From Mobula hypostoma (taxonomy: Eukaryota), in contig NC_086107.1 of NCBI RefSeq assembly GCF_963921235.1, positions 109,432,001-109,496,000 on the forward strand: DNA of 64,000 nt, written 5' to 3'. A program made the translations under genes and the position numbers. Shown here in pieces: positions 13,099-24,215 of this stretch; within the stretch, counting starts at the first letter, position 1, and every line of letters starts with the position of its first letter. The notes below the pieces were generated by a model. The model was not told the DNA's origin, did no database searches, and saw only the letters and a program-made list of their open reading frames with translations.

Positions 13099-14133
13099 TC
13101 ATTGGCGTGAGATTTCAGCCCCCGAGACAGTTACGATGCATTGCTGGTGCCCATCGCCCCGAGTGCCAGCTCTTCCCTTTATCCCGCACCGCACGTCCTG
13201 GATAACCAGCCTGAGCCTGGTATCAAAGGTCTTCTGCAGGTACTTGTACAAGATGGGCATGGCACACGTGCTCAGGTAGGCCAGCAGTTCGCAGGCGCCC
13301 CGCAGGAAGTGAAGCCGGTTGACGAAGCGGCCCCCGCCCTCGGCCCGCGTGACGAAGTGGGCGGTGCTCACCAGCAGCGCCAGGTTGTAGGGCAGCCAGA
13401 GGGCGAACTGCACCAGGACCGTGGCCAGCAGCAGCCTCTGGGCCGGGGGCTCCGGCCGGTGGGGCCCCGTCAGCCACAGCGGCCGGCGTTTCCGCAGGAT
13501 GAGGCCAAGCGCGCAGCCCACGCCCACGGCGGGGACCAGGAAGCCGGTGAAGAACATGATGGCGTCCCCCAGCTCCTTGGTCTGCAGCTGCGAGCAGTCA
13601 TGGGTCTGGTCAGAGATTTTGTTGCAGATGTAGAAGAGGAGGGAGGAGAAGCTAGCCAGCGCCGCTCCCCCCCAGACGAAGGTGCAGACGTGCTTGGTAT
13701 TGTAGACGCTGGACATGTAGGTGTGGGGCAAGGCTTGCTCGATGAAGCAGTCCAGGCTCAGCAACGTGGCCGAGTAGATGCTCACCAGAGCCGCCATGTT
13801 GAAGAGGATGAAGGAGCCCATGCAGACCTCTCGGCCGAAAGCCCACACCGGCCACAGCAGGTGGTCGGGGCTGAGGAGTTGCAGGAAGGCCACCAGGTTA
13901 AGTATCAAGCCAGCCAGTGCCATGTTGGTGAAGTAGACGTCCGGCATGTTGATGGACAGTTTGTGGCGAAGGTTGACGACGAGGACGAGGACGTTGAAGG
14001 TGAGGCCCAGGGGGAAGCAGACCAGAAGGTAGGCCGTCGAGGCCACGGACAGGAGCAGGCCAACGTTCTGGCAGAGGTCGTCTCCACACAGCGTGCCATT
14101 AGGTCCAAGGTTCCCCTGAATGCAGCTCCACAT
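13099..14133 (-). CDS. GPR146: GPR146-family class A orphan GPCR, intact 344-aa ORF
   Basis: Family motifs MWSC, MPDVYFTNMA, TYMSSVYNTKHVC, GGAALASFSSLLFYIC and seven hydrophobic segments. Candidate acceptor ttttaatcttgcttgcag ends at 14240. It may be a paralog rather than the 1:1 ortholog. Confidence 0.92.
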   Translation of the reverse strand: MWSCIQGNLGPNGTLCGDDLCQNVGLLLSVASTAYLLVCFPLGLTFNVLVLVVNLRHKLSINMPDVYFTNMALAGLILNLVAFLQLLSPDHLLWPVWAFGREVCMGSFILFNMAALVSIYSATLLSLDCFIEQALPHTYMSSVYNTKHVCTFVWGGAALASFSSLLFYICNKISDQTHDCSQLQTKELGDAIMFFTGFLVPAVGVGCALGLILRKRRPLWLTGPHRPEPPAQRLLLATVLVQFALWLPYNLALLVSTAHFVTRAEGGGRFVNRLHFLRGACELLAYLSTCAMPILYKYLQKTFDTRLRLVIQDVRCGIKGRAGTRGDGHQQCIVTVSGAEISRQ

Positions 14134-14266
14134 CGCAGCGAGGATCAGGCCAGAGCCGTCAGCAGGATGAGGCTGGAAGCCTCATCAAACGGAAGCGGAG
14201 CTTGTGGAGTGGAAACCATCAGTCATGTTGTCCAGAAATCTGCAAGCAAGATTAAAATATATAACT

Positions 14267-14477
14267 CAAACAACAGGAATTCTGCAGATGCTGGAAATTC
14301 AAGCAACACACATCAAAGTTGCTGGTGAACGCAGCAGGCCAGGCAGCATCTGTAGGAAGAGGTGCAGTCGACGTTTCAGGCCGAGACCCTTCGTCAGGAC
14401 CTGAAACGTCAACTGCACCTCTTCCTACAGATGCTGCCTGGCCTGCTGCGTTCACCAGCAACTTTGATGTGTGTTGC
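14267..14477. mobile_element. Fold-back Penelope pLTR mini-element (80-bp inverted arms) with 15-bp TSD
   Basis: Arms 14301-14380 and 14400-14479 match at 79/80 with a 19-nt loop. TTAAAATATATAACT at 14252-14266 and 14478-14492. Confidence 0.92.
14366..14401 (-). ncRNA. Minimal type-I hammerhead ribozyme motif
   Basis: GGUC-CUGACGA-AGGGUCUCGGCCU-GAAA-CGUC-GACU: stem I, conserved core, stem II and the palindromic ACGU in place of stem III. Confidence 0.75.
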
Positions 14478-14779
14478 TTAAAATATATAACTAGCTGGTT
14501 TTAAGATTCAAGATTCAAATGTATTTAATCACATGTGCTGTATGTGTTGGCGTTAACAACCTACACGACTGGTGGTGTTCTAGGGGCAGGCAACAAGTGT
14601 CGCCACACATTCCGACGCCAACATAGCATGCCCACGATGCCTGGCCAAACATCTGCAAAGCAAGCGCCATTTCCCCCTCCCGCGCACGTACACACGCACT
14701 CCTCCAACCCGAGGTCAGGCTGGCTTTAGCCTCCAGTGAACTCAGACTCAAGCTCACCGATATTGGGCCTTCAAATCAC

Positions 14780-15290
14780 TTTTACCGCACTTCAGTGGGT
14801 CGTCTCTAGCGCACAGAAGATCATCGGGACACAGCTCCCAGCCCTGGAGGACACCTACAGCTCTCACTGCCTAAGGAAAGCTACAAGCATCTGTAAGGAC
14901 AATACACACCCATGCAATCATCTGTTTGAACTTCTTCCATCTGGCAGACGTTATAAGATTTTCTATGCCCGCACTTCCAGACTGAAAAATAGCTTTTTCC
15001 CCAGAGCTACAATTGCTCTGAACCAATCGATCAAGCATCATCAATAAATTTGTTATATTGCTACTTTAATACGGTTTTATGGCTGTCATGCATCTGAGTT
15101 GTGCTTTTGTACTGCTGGACATCGCTTGTACTGGCTGGTTACTTGATTTTATTTATTGTTTATTTATTTTATTTGTTGTTTTATAGCATTGAGTACGAGA
15201 GTTGCAAACTCATTTTCGCTGTATTGGTGCATGACAAATTGTACTATGCAATGACAAGTAAAGATATTTCAATTTCAATTTCAATTCAAT
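14780..15290 (+). mobile_element. Rex1/Babar-like LINE 3' fragment with (ATTTCA)n tail
   Basis: AQKIIGTQLPALEDTY..HPCNHLFELLPSGRRY..RLKNSFFPRA. Confidence 0.8.
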
Positions 15291-15974
15291 TTCCCAGAGA
15301 TTCGCAGATTTGAGCTTCGGCCTTGGCTTCTGGACTTCCGATTCGACCCTCGGCATCAACCCAGGACCCGCCGATCATCGAGTACTAAGACCTTGAACTC
15401 TGGACTCGCTGATAATAGACCCCAAACACAAGGCCTCAAACTGCGGTCTCACTGATTTGCGAACCCGGGGTGGGAGTGGGGGGCCGGGGTCGTTGGACCT
15501 CGCTCCTCCTGCCCACATGGAAGTCCAACTCCAGGACCCAACAGCTCACAGTCCCTGGGGTGGTCACGAGCCCTCGTCCACGCCAGTCTGCCGGCCTGGT
15601 ATCCGACCACATCACTAGTCTTTGAACGCGGAGACTCCAACCTCTCCTCTGCTTCCCCCCCAAATCCCTGTCCCATTTGACCATGTTTGGTCCATATCCC
15701 TCTTAAACCTGTTCTATTCATGTACCTGTTCCAAGTCCCTTTTAAATGTGGTTAGTGTGGCTGCCGCGACCACTTCCTCCAGCAGCTCGTTCTGTATACT
15801 GCCTACCTTCTAGGTGAGAATGTTGCCCCTCAGATTCCTACTAAAATCTCTCCCATCTCAGGCAATATTCTGGTGAATCTCCTCTGCACCCTCTCTAGTA
15901 CCATACTCTCCTCATCTTTCCAATAGTGAGGAGACCAGACCTACCCACAATCGATTTGGCACAATATTGTTAGG

Positions 15975-17555
15975 AGTTTTATAGAACATAAAACAGTACA
16001 GCACAGCGAACAGGCTGTTCTGAACATAATGTTGTGCTGAGCTAGCTAAAAAGTAAATCAAAATACCCAAACATTAATCCCTGCTACCTACACAATGTTC
16101 ATATCCCTCCACCTTCCTTACATCCATGTACCTATTCAAATGTCTCTCAGAAGCCTCTATTGTATTTGGCTCTACCACCACACCAGGCAGTGCATTCCAG
16201 GCATCCACCACTCTGAGTAAAAGATTTACCCCTCACATCCCCTTTGAACCTACCCCCTCTCACCTTCAATGCGTGCCCTCTGGTATTAGACATTTTTACA
16301 CTGAGAAACAGATACTTGCTGCTAACTTATCTACAACTCTCATGAACTTATAAACCTCTATCAGATCTCCCCCCGGCCTCTGACACTCCAGAGAAAGAAA
16401 ACCCAAGTTTATCCAGCCACTCATGCCCTCTAAACCAGGCAACATCCTGGTAAAACTCTTCTACACCCTCTCCAAAGCCTCAACATCCTTCCTGTAGTGG
16501 GGTGACCAGAACTGTATGCAATACCCCAGATACGGCCTAACCAGAATTTTATAAAGATGCAACATAACCTCTTGAGGCTCAAGATTAATCCCTCGACTAA
16601 TACAGCTGTTACGTACCCCGTAACTGGGTTGCCAAACCAGCAGAAATGGATCACTCAGTTGGAGTCTGGAGTACTAGAACTAAGAAAGTTTTATTAAAGA
16701 AACAAGCAACACAGTAATCGAAAGGGTAATAAATGCAACAGTTCAGTGATGATAAACACACATGTGCACAGCATTAAGATGACAGCATCAATCAAGCTCT
16801 ATCGTTATCTAGGGGTTAAATGACCAAATTCAAAATGACTCAAAGTTCAGTCCAGTTTGTAGTTCAGTTCGCAGTAATCGTTGCCATGGCGATGGACAAC
16901 GTGGGGGAAGAGAGACATAGAATAGGAACAACTGATCATTCAGCACAGCTTCACTCACAGACCAGCGAGATGGCTCACAAACAGCTTTTGGGCGGGTCCT
17001 TGGTGATGTCACCTGAGGTCACCGACTGTGACCCCTCCTCCAGATGCGGTCGATCCTCTGCAGTGAACCCGGCACCCAGGCAATGGCGGACACACACCGG
17101 GTTCCCGCTGATCGTACCTTTCCACCCTGGGCGTTGTCCGGTACTTCTCACCACTCGTGAGAGGCGCACCGCTTCCAGGGTCTCGTTACCTCGGGTGGCG
17201 TGTGTGTCTGTCTTAGCGAACCTGTCCCTTTTTATCCCCCTGCTGGGGTATCGCCTGTCCATCACTTCAAACAGTTCAGGGCTCAAAGGGGGGAGCCGCT
17301 CCAGACAGCTCTTCCTCCCACATCCCTTCATTACACATCTCCAGACGCTGCTCCATTGTTCCTTATCTCTCCTTCCCCTGAGGGCAGGTGGCAGACCAAC
17401 TGCTGATGCCACTGATGCTAGCCCAGGCCAGCAAACATCTTAATTTTATGTGTATTCTCGTAACACAGCAAGCATTCCATAAGCCTTATTAACCACCTTG
17501 TTGGCCAGTGCATCCACTTTCAAGGAACTATGAGCTTGGATCCCAAAATCTCTTT
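15975..17555 (-). mobile_element. Degenerate CR1 3' fragment interrupted by a solo LTR
   Basis: RT C-terminal remnants on both sides of 16607-17465. Confidence 0.75.
16607..17465 (-). mobile_element. Solo LTR (859 bp)
   Basis: Termini TGTTACG...CGTAACA. 4-bp TSD CAGC at 16603-16606 and 17466-17469. AATAAA on the minus strand near 16690. Confidence 0.88.
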
Positions 17556-17989
17556 GCTCATGGTATGTAGCAAATACTAATTTCAACAGCAGCCAGTCTT
17601 CACACCTGGATGTGGGTTGTAGGTTGAATTTAAAATGCAGCCCTGAACAATTTCTTTCCCCCCTGAAGCTGTACACTGGGGTTGATTGCAAACCGGACAA
17701 TGATGATTAACATTACTTTGGGTGTCTGGAGTGTGTGTGTGAAGAAGGAGTTGTTTGAAAATTAAGCATTGTCACTGTAGAGTTGTTCTGCTACCTTTGA
17801 TCTTCAGCATATGAAATGTCATTGGGTCGAGCAGGCCTCTTCTTCCAAGAGTGCCTCAGTATGATGACTGTTGCTCGTTTTTGTTGAATAAACACTTACC
17901 TTTATCAACCAGCTTCAGTGTCTCTCTGGTGACTTTGTTCACGTCATGATAAACATCGTGGTGGAAATAACTCGGAAAATGTGTAGCTG

Positions 17990-18675
17990 AGATGGTTGAG
18001 TGGTTCTCTAATCTTGGCGATCCATTTGCAAACGTTTTGTCAACATATGAGGAGGCATCATCAGCACACTGTTCACTTGTGGTGTGTCCTCCAAATTTTG
18101 GTCACACATAAACCAACAGCAACGTTGAGGAGAGTACTCTACAGATCTAAAGAACAAACCAAGCTATTGGAAAAGACCAATGTAGTCCATTAAATCCAGT
18201 GTGGGGACTGCAGTAAATGTTATGGCAGCCACAATGATCCATGAACATCAACTGGCTGTAAAGTGACATGACCAGCCCTCCCTAGTCTCTACCCATGGAG
18301 ATCTGGAGGGACACAAATTCAACTGGGCATCAGTGAAAGTCATGGCACAAGCTAACATGCGGCATGCAGGAGAATTCCTGGAGGTGTGGTTTTCCGCTGT
18401 TAATCCTATAAACAGATGTAGGCCTCGACCCCATTTATAAGCCAATGCGGACAAAATTCCAGACAACGCACACACAGTTTGCCACACAAACGATCAGCGA
18501 CAAGAACCCCTCCCTACACCACAATTGGATTTCCATAATGATGGCCAATCAGCTGATTGATAATTATTCAGAGGACACACCACAATTAACAGCTCACTGA
18601 TGATGTCTCCTCATGTGGTGATGAATCATTTGAAAGTGGATTGCCAGAATCGGAGAACAACTCAACCCAACCAAA
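17990..18675 (+). mobile_element. Second Penelope-like family: GIY-YIG remnant between inverted pLTRs with decayed hammerheads
   Basis: KTNVV..IQCGDCSKCY..SLVSTH.D.EGHKFNW..FLE.WFS remnant. CTGATGA..GAA cores at about 18597 (+) and about 18030-18064 (-). Confidence 0.7.
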
Positions 18676-19265
18676 CATCATGGTGTTCCTGCTCTGTACT
18701 ATGTTCTCTGTGTACTACAGGTGTGACCTAGGCATGGGTTAGCGAGGTAGTCATCAGCCTGGTGAGGAATCTAGAAACCTCAGCTAGTGTTCTTGAGATG
18801 TTAACATTGAATCCCAGCATGTTAGTTCACTTTAGGAGATGATTATATCAGTAAAAGTGACCCTGAAACTTCAGAGTTATCACAGAAACTCACCACTGAT
18901 TCACTAATGTTACCCGGGGTGTAGAACTCTCCCGTCCTTACCTAGTCCGACCTATATGTGAAGCAGATCCACAGGAACGTGGTTGGCTTGTAACTCCTCT
19001 TGTAAATAGTCTGGACAGCCACAGTCGGAGGGCAATGTGGGATGAGGTTTGGCCTTCCCAGTAACACTCACATCCTGTAAAGGAATTTACAAAAATGTGT
19101 GAAAAGGTGCTCAGTCTCTGTGTGACAACTCATCCTGCATGGAGTTCCAGTACTCAAGTGCAAAGGAGAATGAAGTAATTGTTACTCCAGATCTAATGCA
19201 GCACAGAAAAAAACACGGTAAGGTAAAGTACACGGTAATAAAGAAACACAATAAATATAAATACA

Positions 19266-19865
19266 TAGTCATAGTCATACTTTATTGATCCCAGGGGAAA
19301 TTGGTTTTCGTTACAGTTGCACCATAAATAATAAATAGTAATAAAACCATAAATAGTTAAATAGTAATATGTAAATTATGCCAGGAAATAAGTCCAGGAC
19401 CAGCCTATTGACTCGGGGTGTCTGACCCTCCAAGGGAGGAGTTGTAAAGTTTGATGGCCACAGGCAGGAATGACTTCCTATGACGCTCTGTGCTGCATCT
19501 CGGTGGAATGAGTCTCTGGCTGAATGTACTCCTGTGCCCAACCAGTCCATTATGTAGTGGATGGGAGACATTGTCCAAGATGGCATGCAACTTGGACAGC
19601 ATCCTCTTTTCAGACACCACCGTGAGAGAGTCCAGTTCCATCCCCACAACATCACTGGCCTTACGAATGAGTTTGTTGATTCTGTTGGTGTCTGCTACCC
19701 TCAGCCTGCTGCCCCAGCACACAACAGCAAACATGATAGCACTGGCCACCACAGACTCGTAGAACATCCTCAGCATCGTCCGGCAGATGTTAAAAGACCT
19801 CAGTCTCCTCAGGAAATGGAGACGGCTCTGACCCTTCTTGTAGACAGCCTCAGTGTTCTTTGAGT
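19266..19865 (-). mobile_element. Rex1/Babar-like LINE 3' fragment
   Basis: MLRMFYESVVASAIMFAVVCWG..SHPLH..RKSFLPVAIKLYN and a (TATGAC)n tail. Confidence 0.9.
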
Positions 19866-20044
19866 CTATGGATTCTATAGATTGATTCTATGTCCATGAC
19901 GTGACGCCAGGCACAGGCTTACGAGAGGCCTATTCAAGAGTTTGATAACAGTGAAGTAGAAGAACGCAGATAAAATGCTGGAGGAACTCAACAGTCAGAT
20001 AGCATCTCTGGAGGAAAATGAACAGCCGACGTTTTATTTTATTT

Positions 20045-20318
20045 TATTGAGATATTGGAATCGGCCCTTCCGGCCCTTCGAGCTGCATCACCCAGCAACC
20101 CCCATTTTACCCCCAGCCTAAACTTGGGACAATTGACAATGACCAACTAACCTACTAACCAGCACGTCTTTGGACTGTGGGAGGAAACCGGAACATCGGG
20201 AGGAAGCCCACGCAATCACACGGAGAGCATACAAACTCCTTACAGGCAGTCGTGGGAATTGAACGCGGGTCGATAGGACTGTAAAGCCTTATGCTATCCA
20301 CTATGCCACCATGCCCCC
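20045..20318 (-). mobile_element. tRNA-headed V-SINE (HE1-like). Further copies at about 22672-22965(+), 26093-26365(-), 32651-32918(+), 33255-33505(+), 35590-35800(+), 39670-39925(-), 41780-42065(-), 46470-47580(-, split by a CR1) and 62830-63090(+)
   Basis: Shared central block gttctccccgtgacc..gtgggtttcctccgggtgctccggtttcctcccacagtccaaagac, a tRNA-like A/B-box head and a CR1-like tail (gaagggcctgtt..gctgta). Confidence 0.8.
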
Positions 20319-22061
20319 ACCCCTTTAGGTCAAGGCCCTTCATCAGGACTGGAAAGTGGGGGGGGAATGAATTCAGAATTAGGAAGTGGGGAGGCAGGGG
20401 AAGGAATACCATCTGGGAGGTGATTGGCGGAAGAGATGAAGGGCTGATGAAGAAGGGATCTGACAGAAGAGAAAGCTGTCCTTCAGCCTGGTTGTCACAT
20501 GCTTTCAAACTTTCATATCTTCTGCCCAATGGGGAGGGCAGAAGGGAGAAATTCCAGGGGTGGGAGCGGTCCACGACTGCAGTACGTTTGCTGCTTTTCC
20601 AAGGGAAGTTGGGATAAGCACATGGTTAGGTGGGGCAGTTATGGTTATGGTTATGGCAGTGATGGTTAGTTATGGTCCAGGCGCAGGTCAATGGGAACAG
20701 GCAGAATAGCAGTTCATCGCAGCTCACACAAAACGCTGGAGGAACTGAGCAGGTCAGGCATGGAAGGGCATAAACAGTCGAGACCCTTCATCGGGACTGG
20801 AAAGGAAAGAGGAAGACACCAGAATCAAAAGATGTTTGGGGGGAAGAGAAGGAGGCCAAGCTAGAAGGTGATGGGTGAATCCAGGTGGGTGGGAGTAACA
20901 GTTCGGCGCAGACTAGGTTGGCTGTGGCACTCTCTGAATCCATGACTCTGGTTCAAAGTTCAAAGTACAAACGTGTACATTTGTTATCAAAGTACGTATA
21001 CATTATACAACCTTGAGATCCGTCTCCTAACAGGCAGCCACAAGAAACCTGAAAGAACCCATTAAAAAAAGACCAACAAACACCCAATGCGCAGAGAGGA
21101 GAAAAACACCGATCGTGCGAACAATAAAAGCAAGCAGCAGCATTCTGAACGAACTTGAGTCCAGAGACACGAAGCCCAGAGCAGGCCCACAGCCTCAGCT
21201 TCAGTGCAACGAAGAGCCGAGCAAACGTCGCTGGCAGTGACCCTCACCCCTAGTCCAGACAGGGATGGTCAAATATTAATGGCGATTTCAGAAGTTTCTG
21301 TGGAAAAGGAGGGCCACTAAGAGCTGGAAAGGGAGCGACTGACTTTTCAGTTTTGAAGTTGGTGATTGGTTATACTAACATTTCAACATTTTATGAATTG
21401 TATCCATGATTCGGAACTCATGATGCAAGAGTGTCCGTATTTGACGATGTCAGGGGGGGCTCAATTAAACTTTACTGAACAGATCTGACAATCCACACCA
21501 ACAAGAACCAACGTGAATAGAGAGAGGGCATGGTGAATGGACCAGGAATGGGCAGGTGGTTGGTGAAGAAAGCATAGGTTAGAAAAGAGGAACATCTCTT
21601 CATGTCGTTATAATCTGGATCGTTGCTTCAAGAAAGGAATTGAATAGATCCTGGAGGTAGGTGGAAGGAGAGAGAATGAGTGGATGAAATACCGAAACGT
21701 GAACAGACTCTGACACTGACAAACAGCCGGCAGCCTATTTTGTCCACACCAGTCAAAACCAGGTGATCTGGCTCTGCAATACTCTACACACAAAATGCTG
21801 GAGGAACGCAGCATTTCGAAAAAGAGTACAGTTAACCTGTCCTGCCGAAGGGTTTTGGCCCGAAACATCAACTGTGTTCTTTTCCTACATGCTACCTGGC
21901 CTGCTGAGTTCCTCCAGTTTAACAAACATGGGAGATTCTGCAAATGTGGGAAATCTGGAGTAACACACACAAAATGTTGGAGGAACTCAGCAGGTCAGGC
22001 AGCATCTATGGAGAGGAAAAAAGAGTTGATGTTTCAGGCCGACACCCTTAAATAGCTGTGC

Positions 22062-22485
22062 TTAATCTTCCGTCCTTGGACTCACTTTACACCGCACGCT
22101 GTCGGAGCAGTGCTGCCAGGATAATCAAGGACACGACCCACCCAGCCAACACACTTTTCATCCCTCTTCCCTCCGGGAGAAGGCTCAGGAGCTTGAAGAC
22201 TCGTACGACCAGATTTGGGAACAGCTTCTTTCCAACTGTGAAAAGACTGCCGAACGGATCCTGACCCGGATCTGGGCCATACCCTCCAAATATCCGGACC
22301 TGCCTCTCAGTTTTTTTGCACTACCTTACTTTGCATTTTTCTATTTTCTATTTATGATTTATAATTTAAATTTTTAATATTTACTATCGATTTGTAATCC
22401 AGGGAGCAGGAAGCGCAGAATCAAGTATCATTGTGATGATTGTACGTTCTAGTATCAATTGTTTGGCGACAATAAAGTTAAAGTA
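22062..22485 (+). mobile_element. Rex1/Babar-like LINE 3' end (same family as 51120-52362)
   Basis: NLPSLDSLYTARCRSSAARIIKDTTHPANTLFIPLPSGRRLRS..NSFFP. The 3' UTR matches the 51.1-52.4 kb copy. Confidence 0.85.
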
Positions 22486-23768
22486 TTGCTCAGATTTCTA
22501 GCATCTGCAGATTTCCTCTTGTTTGTGATTTGGCGCCTTGTCCATAGCTGATCACAGTTCTTCCAGCATGCCCTCAAGTACCTTTGTTCTAGATAGGAGC
22601 AGAGGTTTCTGTCCAGCTCCCTTGCAAGCACCAAGTACCAGACCGATACCACCTCTGGCACGAAAACGGTCAGGATGCCACAGCAGCGTAGCAGTTAGCG
22701 GGATGGTATAGCAGCTCAGGACGTTCCGGAGTTTGGTATTCAGTTCCAGCGCCGTCTACGAGGAACTTGTACGTTCTTCCCGTAAACCACGTGGGTTTCC
22801 TCCAGGTGCTCTGGTTTCCTCCCACAGACCAAAAACGTTTCAGTTAATGGGTTAACTGGTCTTTGTAAATTGACCTGTGATTAGGCTGGGGTTAAATCGG
22901 GAGTTACTGGGGGGTGCGGCTCGTTGGGACAAAAGGGCCTGATTCACGCTGTATCTGTAAATTTTTAAAAAAACCGATCAATATTGTGCTCATCTCCTCT
23001 GCTCTTGCAGGAGCTAGAGCAGCCTCAATGGGCCGAACAGCCTCCTTCAGGTATCATGATTCTGTGAGTGGCCCGTACCGTTGAACGTTAGTCCCACTTC
23101 ACACTTCTTTTTCTCCCTAAGGAGATTGTCAAAGGCCCGAATCCATAGAGGCAAAGGAATAAAAGACTGAATTAAATTTTCACAGAAGTGCACTTGTAAA
23201 GAAAATTAAAAGCTAGAAAACAGTCAGTGCTTTTTTCCCTGTTGGCAGAGCAACATGTTGTTGTGAGTCCCTTGACTCGTTCAATAGCTCTTTCTTTCGA
23301 TTTGCTTCTCACATCCCAGGGTAGTGCTGGTCTCCAAGGCCGTCCTCCCATTCACACGGGCTCAGACAAAGGGAGCAGGGCTGCATCTTGAGCAGCCTCC
23401 AGAAGCTGAACAACCCGTCGGCCGGGCGAGTGGGTTCCAAGATCAGTAAGTGGAATCATCCTCACAATAACTCTCGGGAAGACTCGTTTCACAGTGGAGT
23501 CAAGGACCTCACAATGGATTGCTTTATTAGCTCTAATTATTCCTCGAGTCGGAACATCTCTGTGTTTACTAACTCACACGAAATGCCGGAGGAACTCAAG
23601 TTGGTCTGGCAGCTGAAGAAGGGTCGCGACCCGAAACGTTGACTCTTTATTCCTCTCCATAGATGCTGCCTGACCTGCTGGGTTCCTCCAGCATGTTGTG
23701 TGTGCTACTCTGGATTTCCAGTATTTGCAGAATCTCTCGTGTTTATTAAACTAGGATGGGACAGCGCT

Positions 23769-24215
23769 GTGATAAGACCATAATGAACAAGTTGGGTCTT
23801 TATTCTTTGGAGCGTAGAAGGTTGAGGGGGGACTTGATAGAGGTATTTAAAATTATGAGGGGGATAGATAGAGTTGACGTGGATAGGCTTTTTCCATTGA
23901 GAGTGGGGGAGATTCAAACAAGAGGACATGAGTTGAGAGTTAAAGGGCAAAAGTTTAGGGGTAACATGAGGGGGAACTTCTTTACTCAGAGAGTGGTAGC
24001 TGTGTGGAACGAGCTTCCAGCAAAAGTGGTTGAGGCAGGTTCGATGTTGTCATTTAAAGTTAAATTGGATAGATATATGGACAGGAAAGGAATGGAGGGT
24101 TATGGGCTGAGTGCAGGTCGGTGGGACTAGGTGAGAGTAAGAGTTCGGCATGGACTAGAAGGGCCGAGATAGCCTGTTGCCGTGCTGTAATTGTGATATG
24201 TTTATATGGTTATAA
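23769..24215 (+). mobile_element. Short young CR1 3' copy; a sister copy lies at 34627-35041 (-)
   Basis: LGLYSLERRRLRGDLIEVFKIMRG..FFTQRVVAVWNELP and an (ATATGGTT)-like tail. The two copies are nearly identical. Confidence 0.9.

Noticed and set aside
13141..14328. 395-aa plus-strand ORF
   Set aside because: Antisense shadow of the GC-rich GPCR CDS; it runs into a transposon and has no recognisable motifs.
16820..17443. 207-aa ORF
   Set aside because: Lies wholly within a solo LTR and has no protein motifs.
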